A stretch of 64,000 nt of DNA from Octopus sinensis (taxonomy: Eukaryota). The stretch is from the NCBI RefSeq assembly GCF_006345805.1, contig NC_042999.1, positions 82,770,001 through 82,834,000 of the forward strand. The letters run 5' to 3'. The position numbers and the translations under genes were made by a program. Shown in pieces: positions 24,727-37,789 of the stretch. Numbering within the stretch: position 1 is the first letter of the stretch; each line of letters begins with the position of its first letter. The notes under the pieces are model-generated. The model was not told the DNA's origin, searched no databases, and saw nothing but the letters and a program-made list of their open reading frames with translations.

Positions 24727-26284
24727 TGTTTCTTTATTAGCCACACAGGGCTGCACACAGATAGAACAAATTACAAGGTAGAGCTTTTCTTTTGAAGGTT
24801 TAAAAAAAAAAAAAAGGAGGGGGGAGTTTCGATCAAAAGGGATCGTAAAAGGAGAGAAAGAGGACAAAAAAGGAGGGGTTAAAAAAAAAGGGGGAGAGGA
24901 AAGAAAAAAAATTGATCAATAGGGATCGTTATCACAGAAATGTCAATATGAAGTGTAAAGGGGAGGGCAGGTGAGGTTTACCCGTGGAAAGAAAAGCCTA
25001 CGGAAAAGACCACGGTAACCTCGGTCAATGGAGTCACATGTTATATTTCTTTTCTTTTTTTTTTTTGCGAATAAGCAACTCTCTGTTTTCAATTTCTGGG
25101 TTCATAGGATCATGCTCAAGGTGGCTTCGTCATTCATACGTGCCATTCTTGCTACATTCACCCATCTTTTTTTAAAACATTCGCTAGACAAAAATTGCCT
25201 CTCTACTCTCACTTTCCTTTTCAAGTGGTACTTGAAGAAGTTGATGAGAGATTGACCAGAGAGGAAAGTGTTTGTCTCCAATCCTTTCAGACGCGTCCAC
25301 CAGATACATTCTTTCGCCATAGCCACAAGGATGATGAAAATAGCTCTTCCTTCCTGTTTGAAGGAAGGAGGCGTGACAATATTGACGATAGACTCAGCTG
25401 ATAAACCGACTCGTCCCACACGTGACAGCAGTTGTTCGACATAAGCCCATAGGTCGGAAATTGTTGGACACTGCACGAGTGCGTGCAGAACGGTTTCGTC
25501 GCTCTGACCGCATCTCGGGCAGGTCGGCCCCGTGTTTCTCGAGCCGTGTCTGTAGAGCTTATCCCGAACTGGTAGCGCTTCTCGGTAGCACTGCCAGGCC
25601 AGGGATCTCTGGAAGTTGTCCATGGGCCCTGGCCCGAAAGTCGTCCTGAGCAGGCGGGTCAGGTACTCCTCGTTGACGTCCAGGTTCGCCCCGAGCTCGT
25701 CGTCGTACCTCCCCTCCACTAAACCCCTATAGAATGCTTTGGTTGTGTTGAAGTCACTCAAGGTCGACCCAGGACGGCAGAGTTGCTTGAGAGCAATGCG
25801 ACACTCGCGGTGCCATTCGCCCTTCCTCGGCCTCTTTTTGATCCACGACTGCAGTTCGGTCATGGAGACGAGCTGCGGGAAAGCGTGCCTCACAAACGGC
25901 GACCACACCTGTTCACCGTCGTCTACATAGAGCCAGAGATGTCGCAGTCTCAGCGCGTGTCTGCGCATCATCAACCACGGCATGCCCAGCCCTTCTTTTA
26001 ACGGGTGTTGACAGCAAATGGATCGCCTGACCATCGGGACGCATCCTTTCCACAAGAAGCGAAAGAGAATGCGTTGTAGTTTGGTGATGGTAGGGTCGGG
26101 ACAAGGTACAACGGTCAGGCGGTAGTAGATGACGGACGCGATGTACGTGTTCGCCACCTCCGCCCGACCTTTTAGGGACAGTTTCCTCTCGGCCCATTGC
26201 CGGGCGAGAGTGACCACCCTACTCGTTATCTCGTTCCAGTTCTTCTCCACTTGGAGGTCCGGACCAAACCAGACCCCGAGCAAG
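24726..26284 (-). mobile_element. 5'-truncated Tx1/L1-like LINE, copy 2
   Basis: Longest copy; (GATA)n on both flanks; same 3' terminus as copies 1 and 3. Confidence 0.92.
25102..26284 (-). pseudogene. L1/Tx1 ORF2 C-terminal region (open, about 390 aa)
   Basis: LGVWFG, KLSLKGR..V.N..I.S, GLGMP, CPRCGQSDETVLHALVQC (zf-RVT type), KKRW. Confidence 0.9.
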
Positions 26285-26372
<88 letters not shown>

Positions 26373-27212
26373 TTGATAGATAGACTAATATAAACAGAGA
26401 CATAGCACGAACTTGGAAGTCCTACAAAGACCAGCGATGTCTCAAGGCCGGAAAACCTCAGACTACCTAGAAGATTCTACAAAATATTTTATCTGTCGCT
26501 TGTCTCTTGGCTTGATTTTTTTTTTTTTTACTATAATTTTTATAACATTATCAAACATTAAAATTATGCTATCTTTTAATAACAATTTAAACAACGAACC
26601 ATTTAATGGGACTCAACCAACCGAAGTATTTCTCGAAAGGAGAAGTTTTGTTATTCTTATTCGCCTCCCACCCTCCCCCGTTCAATTTGCGACCCTTGAT
26701 TTTTCAAAATATATTTCGAAATTTTTATGGGCTTTTAAATGTAGTTCTAATTACCATGACGATGTTAACTTTTTCATCATTATTTCGCCATGCATAATCA
26801 AGCAGCTCATAGGCTTCATGGTTCGTCCCATAAAGTGTTTCTCTTTCCTTCTTTCTTTCTTTCTTTCTTTCTTTTTTTGCCGCTTTTTGAAAGGTATATT
26901 GTTTTCTTTGGTTTACATCTGGGTCGATTGTACGTGTGTGCGTGAGTATATCAAAAGAAAAAAAATGAAAGAGGTATGATTAAGAGAATCAAGAAGAAAG
27001 AAGAGAGCGAAAGGTGAGAAGGGTGTATGTGAACATGTGTATATGTGTTGAGGTCTGAGGTAGGCGGGGAGTGTAAACATATATAGTATGAAGCTGAGAA
27101 TGTATGTGTGCGTATATTTGATCATATACCAACTGGAGAACTGTAAAGGTATGTGAGTGGGAGAGATAGGTATAGAGAATAATGTATGCGCGGGTAGGTA
27201 TGTATATAAGGA

Positions 27213-27282
<70 letters not shown>

Positions 27283-27460
27283 TGTTTGCTTGTGTATGAG
27301 AAAAAATTTCCATCTTTCTTTGTATATGATTTATCAAGATAAAAGATGAAAGAATGAGACTTTTCATGTCCTTGACCTTGGCAAACCCTCTAATACTGAT
27401 TGATGTTGATATGGTTCACACGCAGATTAATGATTTTTTGGTCGATATAAATGGTTACAA

Positions 27461-27717
27461 CAGTGGTTCTCAACCATCTTCTACCAACGGACCCCTTTAG
27501 TTCCTATTTTACTCAGGTGGATTTCATAACAATCCGATGTTTTAAAAAATTCCTATTATATTTTTAGAATTAAATATTATTAGGAATTGTATTTAAAAAG
27601 ATTGTTAAAATATTTTGTGCATTGCAGAAGTCTAACCAAGCTTTTGCACATAAATTTTAACGATAAAATCTTATATAGACCCCCAAGAGTCAAATGAACC
27701 CCGATTGAGAACTATTG
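27461..27717. mobile_element. hAT-type MITE
   Basis: TIRs CAGTGGTTCTCAACC / GATTGAGAACTATTG; 8-bp TSD GGTTA[C/T]AA at 27453-27460 and 27718-27725. Confidence 0.8.
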
Positions 27718-27899
27718 GGTTATAACGAGGGCAGAGAAGAAATTCTGGCGGGTGACATCTTGTGAGAAAGGATTGGTGAAGTTATTTATGAAGGTTCTGG
27801 GATGTGGGATACAATACTGTATGGTAACAGCTGATAAGATGTTTTTTGTCATGTGCTCTTGAGTAGAGGTCGTTTGTAACTAGTTAGTTCTGAAGAATA

Positions 27900-28740
27900 A
27901 AGGTCTTTGTAGTTGTACATTTCGGATACTTGACTGGTCTAGAGAGAAAATGTGCTCCATTGATATTAAAACCTACAAGATTCCGCAGACATTTCGAAAG
28001 TATACACCAATGAGTAGATGCAAAAGAACCCAAAAAATATACCTTTCGAGTAAGCATCACAACTAATCCCCTAAAACATGATCAGAACGCAGCTAACGGT
28101 ATCTCGTTTGCTTTGCTCTCAATGTTAGGCCTCATTATTGCTGTGGATCTCCCATAGCGACTGCACAACCTTAATATATGCAAGCACTGCATCTCAAAGA
28201 CTAGATTTTCTCTTCAGTGTCAGAAAATATTTCAGCCTCATACAATTACTGACCTTCTACAAAGCTCAGCTTAGGTCTAAACACCAGTGTAGTGCTTCCA
28301 CATCTGAGACAGTACTGCTACTACTGCTACTGCTGTTGCACTCACATTATAGACTTCATCAACAAAGCATTTGACTGATTAGCATAAAGTTAATCACTTA
28401 CACACTACTGCCCCTAGGCAACAGACTCGTTATTCCGCCTCTTCTGCCCTTTCTACTGTAATAAAACGGCTTCTGCATTTCGGAGCCGGCTGATAATGTA
28501 CCGTATTCGCTTAGGCACTCCCAAATTACTTGTTCCTCCTCCTTTCATCATATGTATTGTTCCCAACCCACTCTCCTAGCTTCGCATAACAGCTACGCCT
28601 ATTCCTTCCTCACCAGAAATCACACACCGCTGAAACTCCTTTTTTTTCTTGTCTTTCCTGCAGGTGTCGGCTTGCAACAGCTCCAGCGAAACATTGATGA
28701 CATCAGTTTCGGAAGTCCTGTCTTCCGAATCCAGCATGCG
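27900..28740 (+). mobile_element. Old CR1/L2-group LINE RT C-terminal remnant
   Basis: ASTASQRLDFLFSVRKYFSLIQLLTFYKAQLR motif with many stops. Confidence 0.6.
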
Positions 28741-28959
28741 AAAAAGAATTTTGATATCGACGAGAGAAGGCTTCCATAGAAACAGGAAAGCGAAAGGCTC
28801 TACCTCAGTAGAAAATACCTGTATGTGTGTATGAATAACAGAGTTATTCATACATACACGCAGAGCAACACAAGGAATGTTGGTAGAATATTCCAATCAG
28901 CCTCGGCCTTAAAAGACTTAATATAGTTGTTTGGGACGAAAATTAATATCTTGTGCACC

Positions 28960-29170
28960 CTTAGAGAATAACTGTCCAGCAGACATGCCCATTTTTTCAG
29001 GAATCAGTGGGAAAGGGAAAACCTTGGTGTGCGTAGCTTAATTAGTAAATACTTAAATGAAAATCTTGAGAAAGTAGGCTTTTCAAAGAAAGTAAGTAAC
29101 CAGTTAACAAGCGTTTTAGAAATACAATAACAATATGCATAACTTTTCTAAAGTTCAGCAAGTAACACTT
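28960..29170 (+). mobile_element. Old R4-like LINE C-terminal remnant
   Basis: LNENLEKVGFSKK..ICITFLKFSK* resembles the family B C-terminus. Confidence 0.5.
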
Positions 29171-29587
29171 ATCGTATTCGACACCTACTTTGAAGGCGAT
29201 AGAGATTTTTTATTTGTTAGGAATAAAGATCAATCCTTATAGGAAAATTAAGTTTAGAAAAAAACATAAATGCATACATGAATAACCACATACATACATG
29301 ATTTCATACATACATGCAGACATGCATACATACATACATACATACGCACACACATACATACACAGTCACACGCACACATACACACTCCTACATACACAAA
29401 AACATGCATATACATACATACATAATACATATATGCACTCACACACACATACATGTATACACACACACACATACATACATACATACATACATACATACAT
29501 ACATACATACATACATACATACATACATACATACATACATACATACATACATACATACGTACGTACATACATACATGCGTTCATACA

Positions 29588-31618
29588 TCGTAGGCCACCA
29601 TCTTGAAATCAAGTACAAAAAGTGACAGTGTTATCACCGATAGAAAACAATATCGCAAAGACATATCCCAAGGAGACAGCCTCTTTGTGATGTTGTTTAT
29701 ACTCTCTGTAAGCCCCTTGTCGTTCATGTTAAGAAAGTCAGATAGATATCTCACTGGTTCACAAGGAAATAGATTCACCAAAATTACACACTGTTTCTTT
29801 GTGGATGGCTTGAAATTTTATGCAAGGAATATGCATGAGATGAAAAAAGAACCTTGACCTAGTAACAACATTTTCAAAGTATGTAGGGTTGGAGTTTGGT
29901 TAGGACAAATGTTGAAAAGGAGGAAAACTATAAACAAGACTAGTAAATCTCCATCAGTTATTTTACTTTTTTTCTGTATCTGACGAGGAATGTTACAGGT
30001 ATTTAGGGGTGGATGAAAATATATATTACAATGGCACCTGTAACAAAGCACGCATCACTAAAGAATATTAAAGCCGAATTAAGAAAATTTGGACCTGAAA
30101 ACTTTCTGCATTCAATAAAACAGTGGCCCACAATGTGTTTGCAGTGCCAGTACTCATGCCAACATTTTGGCTGCTTGATTGGACGCTTGATGAGATCCGA
30201 GCCATTGTGTAAACCCGAAAAATACTAACAAGCACACATAATTTCCACATAAACAGTGATGTAGACTGCCTCTACCTAAAATGAAAACAAGCCTTTGAAT
30301 GTCGCATCATATCCCTTCGGCAACATCTTTTGACCACCAAGTGTCGAAGTGCATCCTTCACCAAGTTTGCATATATGAGGTTGATAACATCATAAGACTT
30401 GGAAGGCAGCTACTTGAGCAACACTCTGTCTGATAACATGCCCAAAGAAGTCGCACGACTCTGCCGCAACGTATCAGCAGATGAAAGGATGAGCCTTTAT
30501 GAGCAGAAGACTATGCATGGATATGTTACTAGAATGCTCCGTGATGATAGTAACATTGATCATCAAAGCAGTTTTATCATGGACGAATAGACAGATTACT
30601 ACCTCCCACTTTGAAGTGTATGCGTTTGCAATCTATGAATAGGAAATATCGACCACATACCTGATGCAAAAAAGGGATAGAGATGCAAGAAAAGCCATAA
30701 AGTGTGGCAACCGATGCAGACTTTTTAGAGTTCACACTAAAGATATCACTCACAACATAAGCAGTTGTCCGAAAATGTCATCACGGTATTATCTGCCGAT
30801 GAGACATGACGTTGTAGCTAGGAGACTCTATAATGAAATCCGTCGGAAGGATAATCCCGAGGATAAAGAAATAAGAACTTACAATATGGTAGAAGCCATA
30901 GCCACTCATAATAGAAAGGAATATTGGTGGAATGTACCAGTGAAGACCTCAATAAAATGTAAGCAAAACAGACCTGATATAATAATTTGGGACAGAGAAG
31001 AGAAACTGTGCACAGTTGTGGAAATTAGCTGCCCAGCGGATGTTAACATAAAGCTGAAGATCAGTGAAAAAGAGAATACCTACGCTAAACTATTGAGAAA
31101 GCTTCTGTTACTCTATCCAGATTACAAGTTCAGGTTTATGCCTGTAATTATCGGGGCCCTGGGATATGTAACACACTGCCTAAATATCAATCTTGAGAAA
31201 TTAGGCTTCTCAAAACCAGAGAGGTGAAAGCTAATCCGAAGACTAAATATCCAATCAATCACTGGAACTGTAAAATTTGTAAAACTTTCCAAAAGTTTAT
31301 CATATAAATATATATATGAGCATGTCTAGATATGTAACTATATGCATGAGAATAAATGCATAAAACATAAAAATTTGCACATCCATCCATACATACATAC
31401 ATACATACATACATACATACATACATACATACATACATACATACATACATACATACATACATACATACATACATACATACATACATACATACATACATAC
31501 ATACATGCATACAAACCTTGTTGTTGATGTTGAAATTCCAATGAATGAACTTTGGATCTAGGTTAGAAACCGGTTCTTTCTCTATTGGTAAAAAATCTCC
31601 AAATAAACTGAATAATGA
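29588..31618 (+). mobile_element. 5'-truncated, degenerate R4-like RLE LINE, family B
   Basis: SQGDSL..LFILSVSPLS, FFVDGLKFYA, zinc-knuckle relic, RHDVVA, NRPDIIIWD..VEISCP..K. The 3' UTR contains an internal (ACAT)n at about 31385-31505. Confidence 0.88.
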
Positions 31619-31867
31619 TATACATCTAATATTGTAGAGATCAGAAGCCAAGCAGATGTAGATATTTCGTGTAAAGAAATAAAAAAAAAAGAGAACATCT
31701 GTGGTGAACTAATAGCCAATTAATAAATTTTTATTAATATTTTTCATGAGAAATACACTGCAAAATTCAAAAGCGATGTTCGTAAAAACCAGAAAATGCT
31801 GAGGTTTTCAAGAAAAAGACAAATCTAATGAAAATGCATGCTCCAAATACAATCCACAATTAGTGAG

Positions 31868-32120
31868 GGCGCATGGCCTAGTGTTTAAGGTGTTGCAGTT
31901 GCGATCGTGTGATCGAGGTTTCACTTCCTACACCGGGTGGTGCCTTGCGTTCTTGAGCAAAACATTTCATCTCACGTTGCTCTGCGATCACTTCGACACC
32001 TGACGTGTTGTACACCGCGCACCTGTTCAGGCAACATCGATTTGATGGAGAGAGTGAGTTAACGTACAGCACATACACTTGGTCACTATAAACAAATCAT
32101 TTGTGCAGGTCTATCAGCAA
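31868..32120 (+). mobile_element. tRNA-derived SINE (family D-like)
   Basis: GGCGCATGGCCTAGTG A box..CTTGAGCAAAACATTTCAT central domain. Confidence 0.7.
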
Positions 32121-32689
32121 AAGCTGAACACTCATATGGGATATTCCATCACTGGATATTCCATCACTGGTACGAGGAAAATTTGTAAAATTATTTCGAA
32201 GAATAACATTTGAGCGCAACTTCATATGACATATATACATGCATAAAAAGAAACCACGCATATTCTATTACTAGCGTGACACATTATATCCCCATTATAT
32301 GAGCGTAGACAAACACACCTGACATTCATGTACACGTTGTATATTCCCAAATTTCGAGTAACCAGATTAAATTCTGAGAACAAGAACATAAATTTCTTAT
32401 GAAAATGTGCGTAGATATATATCTTGAAAGAAGATTAAGTTTTCGGGTGGAGCGGTAGAAAAGAGGAGAAAATGACGCAATAAGTGAAACGAAAGGAGAA
32501 GTGACATTAAAACGCAGTTTATGTTTCTGGGTGACGGCGAAATTTGATACAAACTCGTGGCGGTAAACATGCATAATGTACGTGTGCGTATGTATGATGT
32601 ATACACGCATATATGTTTGTATGTATGTATATTCATGCAGGTATGTAAATATATATATCCATGCATGTATATATAAAAACGATAAACGT

Positions 32690-32985
32690 CGCCCTTTTCA
32701 AGCCTAGCCAGGCTCATGGGCTCGGTTTCACGGTTTCTATGGCGTATGTATTCCCCCAAACTGGACGGGACGCCAGTCCATCGCAACGTTACTCAAGAAA
32801 TAAGAAGAGAGACGGTGAGAGAAAGTTGTGGCAAAAGAGTACAACAGAGGTCACCACCACCACCTACCGGAGCCTCGTGGAGCTTTTAGGTGTTTTCGCT
32901 CAATAAACACACACAACGCCCGGTCCGGGAATCGAAACCGCGAGTCCGCTGCCCTAACAACTGGGCCATTGCGCCTCCGCATGTA
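32690..32985 (-). mobile_element. SINE family C
   Basis: Matches the head and body at 24420-24568. Confidence 0.78.
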
Positions 32986-33189
32986 TGTATGCATGTTTCT
33001 AAAATTTAGGAGAAGTAGTTATTACTGCTCTAGATCATGGTAATTTTAGTATATCATTACTGTAATCTAATATTCTGACCGGCCAACTTTTGTTATTCCA
33101 GATTGAAGAAAACGACTGTAACAGCACTTTGAACACACCCTACTAATTACTGCTTGTCACGGCTGCAGAGTGCTGACAAGGAGTGAAGA

Positions 33190-33680
33190 CAATTTGGAAC
33201 ACAGCTATGCAATAAAGCCTTGTGTTAAACTGAGCAAAAACACTATGGAAACTTATGAAATGCTCCAGGTTGCTTATGGATTAATTTGTCTGAGCCGAGC
33301 ATCTAGTTTTTGCTGACACATAAGACCAGGCACGGTAAGTCCACCAGGAAGCTTATGATGATCTACTTTTTAAAACAGCAAAGGGCATCATTTACATTCA
33401 CTGAGTTCCCTATGGCCAGAAGGTCAACAAAGAGTACTTTGTAGAGGTTTTGAGGGAGTTCAGGAAGAGACTTCGTCGCAAAAGGTCAAAGCTCTTCCGC
33501 TCGAGTCAGTGGCACTTGCAACAGGACAATGCATCAGTCCACAATTCCGTCCTGATGGCCAATAATTTGAGAAAGATAATAGGCGTCAAAACCGTCCCCT
33601 CACCCACCCTTCAGTTCAGACCTTGTTCCCTGTAACTTCTAGTTGCTCGCCAAGTTGAAAGAGAATATGAAGGACCTTGT
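33190..33680 (+). pseudogene. Internally deleted mariner transposase
   Basis: AIK.CVKLSKNTMETYEMLQVAYG, VNKEYFVEVLREFRKRLRRKR..WHLQQDNA.VH and a SDL.PC.F relic. Confidence 0.85.
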
Positions 33681-34091
33681 GACAGGGACCGGAACACCGT
33701 CGCTTTGGAGGACTACTATGGGGCTCTTCGTGATAAATGATAAAGAAATAAATAAATTTATTAATCCAATTTACATCGTATATCTTTTATCGATTATGAA
33801 AATTTCTTTTTCAGAAATTGCATAAAAAATCGGATTAAGCCCTTTGGCAGCTTTGCTGATTTGGGCAAGTTGGTAGGAGGTCAAAAAATAAAAAATAAAT
33901 TGGTCGATAATTATATATATATAAATAGTTATCGCCATACTTATATGGCAGTCTTATAAATATAAGACTAAAGCTGTCGCTGATTAGCTCCAAGAGGCCA
34001 CCGCCTCAAGCTAGCTCTTTGACACACAATCTGCGTCCATTATAAACCTTCGAACAGGGGAGGTCAGCCGCTTCATCCTGGCAGTCAGACA

Positions 34092-34134
34092 GCTACAGAC
34101 ATGTTTCAGGGTATTTGCCCTTTATCAATGCAGC
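34092..34134 (-). ncRNA. Type I hammerhead, U3-A8 variant, copy 1
   Basis: GCTGCA-TTGATAA-AGGG CAAATA CCCT-GAAAC AT GTC-TGTAGC (G.U wobble in stem I). Confidence 0.75.
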
Positions 34135-34456
34135 GTAGCCAGACCCAGCAGGTGTCGCTATTGACTGTCCCTGTTCGAAGAATCTATTTACATAGTTTCA
34201 GTGGAACACATCCACTTGTTTTCAATAATAGAAATATTAAAATTACTAAGTCTCTCTAAAGGAGATTACGGCAGCGTTACTGGAAATTAATAGTTATCGC
34301 CATACTTATACGGCTGTCTTATAAATATAAGACTAAAGCTGTCGCTGATTAGCTCCAAGAGTCCACCGCCTCAAGCTAGCTATTTGACACACAATCTGCG
34401 TCCATTATAAACCTTCGAACAGGGGAGGTCAGCCGTTTCCTCCTGTCAGTCAGACA

Positions 34457-34499
34457 GCTGCAGACATGTTTCAGGGTATTTGCCCTTTATCAATGCAGC
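34457..34499 (-). ncRNA. Type I hammerhead, U3-A8 variant, copy 2
   Basis: GCTGCA-TTGATAA-AGGG CAAATA CCCT-GAAAC AT GTC-TGCAGC; perfect stems. Confidence 0.78.
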
Positions 34500-34556
34500 G
34501 TAGCCAGACCCAGCAGGTGTCGCTACTGACTGACCCTGTTCGAAGAATCTATTTAC

Positions 34557-34599
34557 GCAGCATTGATAAAGGGCAAATACCCTGAAACATGTCTGCAGC
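34557..34599 (+). ncRNA. Type I hammerhead, U3-A8 variant, inverted copy 3
   Basis: Same core; one stem I mismatch at the inversion junction. Confidence 0.68.
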
Positions 34600-35411
34600 T
34601 GTCTGACTGGCAGGATGAACCGGCTGACCTCCCCTGTTCGAAGGTTTATAATGGACGCGGATTGTTTGTCAAATAGCTAGCTTGAGGCGGTGACCTCTTG
34701 GAGCTAATCAGCGACAGCTTTAGTCTTATATTTATAAGACTGCCTTATAAGTATGGCGATAACTATTAATTTCCAGTAACGCTGCCGTAATCTCGTTTAG
34801 AGAGACTTAGTAATTTTAATATTTCTATTATATATATATAAACATCCTTTGCATGCAAGCAAGGCGGCCAAAAAGGTATATAAAAAGTAAAACTCTCTAA
34901 GTCTAGAAAGATAAAATATTACAACCGTTATAAATACTGTAGGTCTATAAAATAAAGCTTATAAATGGGTTTGGTTCAGCAGGTGGGTTTTTAATGATTA
35001 TTTTGAAATTTGACAGCGAAAAAAAATTTTTTTTTTAGCTTTCGTGGTAAAATATTATTCCATGTTAATACTGTTATAAATAAGGCCGGTTCATTTTTCT
35101 TTTTCTTTTTCTTTTTTTTCTTTTTTTTTTTGACAAATTGATATTTGACAAAAGGGCGTTTCAAAGTTCCAAGTCAATGATACCTCTTAGCTGGAGTTCA
35201 ACAATAAGTGCGTTGAAATAAGAGAATCCTACTTTGAAGGAGATCAGGGTTTTGTACATTTTGAAATTAATGTCTCCAGAAATGTCTCAAAGCTTCTGGA
35301 ATGAATCTTGTATGTACATATGTCCATGTTTGTGCATATGTATTGTGCGTGTATGTGTGTGTATGTATGTGTATGTGTACATGTATAGAAGTATTGTGTG
35401 TGTGTGTGTGT

Positions 35412-35455
<44 letters not shown>

Positions 35456-35554
35456 TGTGTTACCTTTAGTCTTGTACTGATTTTAACCAGAGGATGAGAC
35501 GGTGCAAGAGAGACACCTTTTAGCATGATTGGATTTCTTTTCTGTACTATTTCT

Positions 35555-35880
35555 ACTAATGTAGCGAGTTGGACGGAGCTGCACTTCTTTATTCTTCCTG
35601 CTACGATTTGGGTTCATCTGGTATCTCATAATAACTTGGTCACATCTACACCTCACAAATTTACGAGTCTGTCTGGCAGAATGTAGAATTGTTGTGGGCT
35701 CTTGAAACCCAAACTGTTATAGAACTGTTTCCTTAGTCTAGATGGAGAAAAGGGATCTTTAGTACTATGCAGTACCGTCCAGTTCGGTGGTTGGTATAGC
35801 TTTCAGGTCCAAAGTCGGGAGCTTGACCATCCGGGATATTCCATACGTATGTCACTGCATGTCTATATAATCGTATTTTT
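35555..35880 (-). mobile_element. Old CR1-like LINE 3' remnant
   Basis: YVWNIPDGQAPDFGPESYTNHRTGRYCIV..FYNSLGFK is homologous to 58935-59290. Confidence 0.65.
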
Positions 35881-35939
35881 ACACCAATATCTACACTTAG
35901 AGGCTTATATACATTCATACACACGCGCACACACACACA

Positions 35940-35967
35940 CACACACACACATACATACATACATACA

Positions 35968-36000
<33 letters not shown>

Positions 36001-36345
36001 TTATACATGCATACATGTATACATACATACATACATACATACATACATACAAACATACATACATACATACATGCATGCATACATACATACATATATACAT
36101 ACATGCATACATATATTTATACATGCATACATGCATACATGCATACATACATACATACATAATACATACATACATACATACATACAAACATACATACATA
36201 CAAACATACATATATACATTCATACATACAGACATACATATATACAAAAATACCATGTTGTTGTTCAAATTCCAATGAAGGAGCCTTGGATCTAGGTTAG
36301 AAACCGGCATTTTCTCTATTGGCAAGAAATCTTGAAATAAAAATA
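35940..36345 (+). mobile_element. (ACAT)n plus R4 family B terminal 3' UTR segment
   Basis: TTCAAATTCCAATGAAGGAGCCTTGGATCTAGGTTAGAAACCGG..CTCTATTGGCAAGAAATCTTGAAATAAA follows the ACAT array. Confidence 0.7.
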
Positions 36346-36386
36346 AATAATATATACATATATACACACTCAAGTACACACACACA

Positions 36387-36466
<80 letters not shown>

Positions 36467-36981
36467 ACTTGATGAGAAACAGAGTGAGACAGTTATAGAA
36501 TAAGAGATAAGGGTGGGCGTAAGAGTGAAATAATGTATGTATGCGTGTTTCTGTATGACTATGAAAGAAAACTGTGTCAGACCCCCCAAAAAATGAAAAG
36601 AAACAAGTGAAAGGTAGAGACACTATTGTCGAAATAAGTCAATGTGAACACCAACAATAAAATCATAAGCTCATGTGTGTGTGTGAGTGTGTGTGGTTTC
36701 TTACATATACATTTATTTTATGTATGCATGTATGCATGTATGTATGTATGTATGTATGTGTGTATGTATGTATGTATGTATGTATGTATGTATGTATGTG
36801 TGTGTGTGTGTATGTAAAATGGCTAGCTCAGTAACTGTAGAAAACAAATAGAGCAAATAACAGAGAAGAAAGGAGCAGAAAATTAGAAAGTGTTTCGAAC
36901 AGGTAAAGCACAGGCAACTTGCAGATAAAAACTGACAGACAGCAATGGTGTCCCAACGTATGTAGGACATAAACATGTGTA

Positions 36982-37049
<68 letters not shown>

Positions 37050-37196
37050 GTGTGTGTGTGTGCGTGTGTATGCGTGTGTGTATGTATGAGTCTGTGTACA
37101 TGATGTGGGCATAAGCATTTATGAACATATATTATCGTCATCATTATCTAGTCGGGTGGTTAGTCTAGACCTACCCTACATATAGACTGATACATA

Positions 37197-37261
<65 letters not shown>

Positions 37262-37379
37262 GTGTGTGTGTGTGTGTACATACATGCCATCCGAGAAAGA
37301 AACAGACTTTCCTAGGTTAAATATAGAAAATCCCCTTCTTGTTGAATACATACATAACCATTAACACAAGCACTGTTAG

Positions 37380-37752
37380 TGGAACGTTCTCATAAAAGCT
37401 ATCAACTTCAAGCATAGCAAACGAGTTATCGTTGTTTGGCTCAGAGAAGGCAAAATAACTAGTCAGAGAACCACTGTCGTCGCTGTTGTGAATATCTTTT
37501 CGAAAATCAAAGCGAAGGAGGATAACAGCTTTGAAACCTTCAGTTTTTATATCCAGATTGTAAATTCACATTTATACAAATAACAATTGGTGCTCTTTGT
37601 TTTGTGAGAAAATTACTAAGTAAAACTGGATAAGCTAGAGTTTTCAGTAAAAGAAATCAACTAGCTAACATGCACACAACAAATTACAATTTGTATATCT
37701 GTTAACGGAGCAATAAAAATGTGCAAGACATTTCTCAAGTTCAAAATGTGAT
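37380..37752 (+). mobile_element. Old R4-like LINE endonuclease C-terminus
   Basis: IVVWLREGK, LQFLYPDCKFTFIQITIGAL, LDKLEFS and GAIKMCKTFLKFKM*. Confidence 0.72.
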
Positions 37753-37789
37753 TTCATTTTGATAGAAATCTAAAACTCTAACCTGGATG

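Larger units (their letters stand above)
33924..34830 (-). mobile_element. Retrozyme/pLTR-like element: 365-bp tandem units plus a 270-bp inverted copy
   Basis: Repeat starts at 33924 and 34289. Inverted arms at about 34226-34494 and 34561-34830. (TA)n on both sides; no coding capacity seen. Confidence 0.85.

Noticed and set aside
33924-34830. CRISPR array or DNA-transposon foldback
   Set aside because: No short repeat-spacer periodicity, eukaryotic context, and the inversion is internal and asymmetric rather than terminal.
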